A stretch of DNA of 63,814 bases, the filler included. It is 5 parts of 5 records of this genome, joined end to end, with 100 filler letters (N's around TTAATTAATTAA, not from the genome) between each part and the next. Parts side by side here need not be neighbours in the genome. Positions count along the whole stretch, not along the records: positions 56,756 to 63,814 come from SRR20825019_601; 4 more parts are not named here. One strand, 5' to 3'. This document shows, in pieces, positions 63,040 through 63,814 of the stretch. A program made the position numbers and the translations under genes. The notes beneath the pieces are model-generated. The model searched no databases, was not told the DNA's origin, and worked only from the letters and a program-made list of their open reading frames with translations. Position 1 is the first letter of the stretch; every line of letters starts with the position of its first letter.

Positions 63040-63596
63040 TGCGTGGATTTATTCGCGGGGTTGATGCCGTCAACTACCGCTTGGGCCGGGTCATGATGTA
63101 CGGGATTTTCGTGCTGATGGGCGTGCTGCTGTGGTCATCGGTCAACAAGGTCTTTTTCCTGCCGTCGCTTTGGACGCTGGAAATGGCCCAGTTCATTATG
63201 GTCGGCTACTATATCCTGGGCGGGCCCTATTCGATGCAGATGGGCGATCACGTGCGCATGGATTTGCTCTATGGCGACTGGTCGATCCGCAAAAAGGCAT
63301 GGGTCGATATGTTCACCGTCCTGTTGCTGATCTTCTACCTTGTGGTCCTGCTTTATGGCGCCATCAGTTCGACCGCCTATTCGCTGGGCTACTGGCAGAC
63401 CGAGCCGCTGAGTTACCTGTTCGGCGTCGTCACCGGCACCGAGGAAATCGGGCGGCTTGAACAATCCTCGTCCGCCTGGCGACCCTATCTGTGGCCCGTC
63501 AAAGTCGTGATGATCGTGGGCTTTTTCCTGATGATTTTGCAGTGCTTGTCCGAGCTTTGCAAAGATGTGCTGCGGCTGAAGGGCCATGAGATCTGA
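63036..63596 (+). CDS. dctQ: TRAP transporter small permease subunit
   Basis: WTLEMAQF...GGPYS...HVRMDLLY and four TM helices; ATGA overlap with the upstream gene. Confidence 0.9.
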   Translation: MMRGFIRGVDAVNYRLGRVMMYGIFVLMGVLLWSSVNKVFFLPSLWTLEMAQFIMVGYYILGGPYSMQMGDHVRMDLLYGDWSIRKKAWVDMFTVLLLIFYLVVLLYGAISSTAYSLGYWQTEPLSYLFGVVTGTEEIGRLEQSSSAWRPYLWPVKVVMIVGFFLMILQCLSELCKDVLRLKGHEI

Positions 63597-63814
63597 TGTC
63601 ATATGAATTGATCGCCACCCTGATGTTCTCGACGATGATGCTGATGCTGATGACAGGTCAGCGTGTGTTCGGCGCCATCGGTTTTGTCGCTGTCGTCGCG
63701 GCCCTGCTGCTGTGGGGCGACAAGGGGGGCTATGACATCGGCTTTTCCGCCGCGATGAAGCTGATGAAATGGTATCCGCTGCTGACGCTGCCGATGTTCA
63801 TCTTCATGGGCTAC
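63596..63814 (+). CDS. dctM: TRAP transporter large permease subunit (partial)
   Basis: TGATG overlap; MSYELIATLMFSTMMLMLMTGQRVFGAIG...LLTLPMFIFMGY. Confidence 0.88.
   Translation, partial: MSYELIATLMFSTMMLMLMTGQRVFGAIGFVAVVAALLLWGDKGGYDIGFSAAMKLMKWYPLLTLPMFIFMGY

Noticed and set aside
1-63814. rRNA, tRNA, SL RNA or snRNA genes
   Set aside because: None recognised by eye; a covariance-model scan would be needed to exclude small RNAs.

Overview
The window is not one locus. It is five unrelated contigs joined by 100-nt artificial linkers (N44-TTAATTAATTAA-N44). (1) 1-13950: a compact, intronless gene array, all on the minus strand, with trans-splice-like acceptors, typical of a kinetoplastid/bodonid (WDR34, otubain, IMPase, bL32m-like, APH-like kinase and others). 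(2) 14051-20416: an AT-rich Bacteroidota-like contig with a translationally coupled operon, XRE-HTH > GHKL(MORC-like)/histidine kinase > receiver protein > HNH nuclease > N6-adenine DNA methyltransferase. The operon is bounded by attC-like half-sites and mutually complementary, hairpin-studded ends. This is the most interesting element: a candidate phosphorelay-controlled R-M-like defence system on a ~6.3 kb integron-like cassette. (3) 20517-44102: an intron-containing eukaryote (~50-nt GT-AG introns, very GC-rich islands at gene 5' ends) encoding ADP-ribosylglycohydrolase-like, GAF, cystatin-like, TPR-KDEL, RtcB2-type ligase, IQ-motif and EF-hand proteins. (4) 44203-56655: a second kinetoplastid-like contig with large low-complexity ORFs and a helical-repeat, probably mitochondrial, protein. 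(5) 56756-63814: a Rhodobacteraceae-like contig (DAO-family oxidoreductases, gpgP-gpgS, RpiR, N-formylglutamate amidohydrolase, TRAP dctQM). All calls come from motif recognition by eye; no database searches were run.
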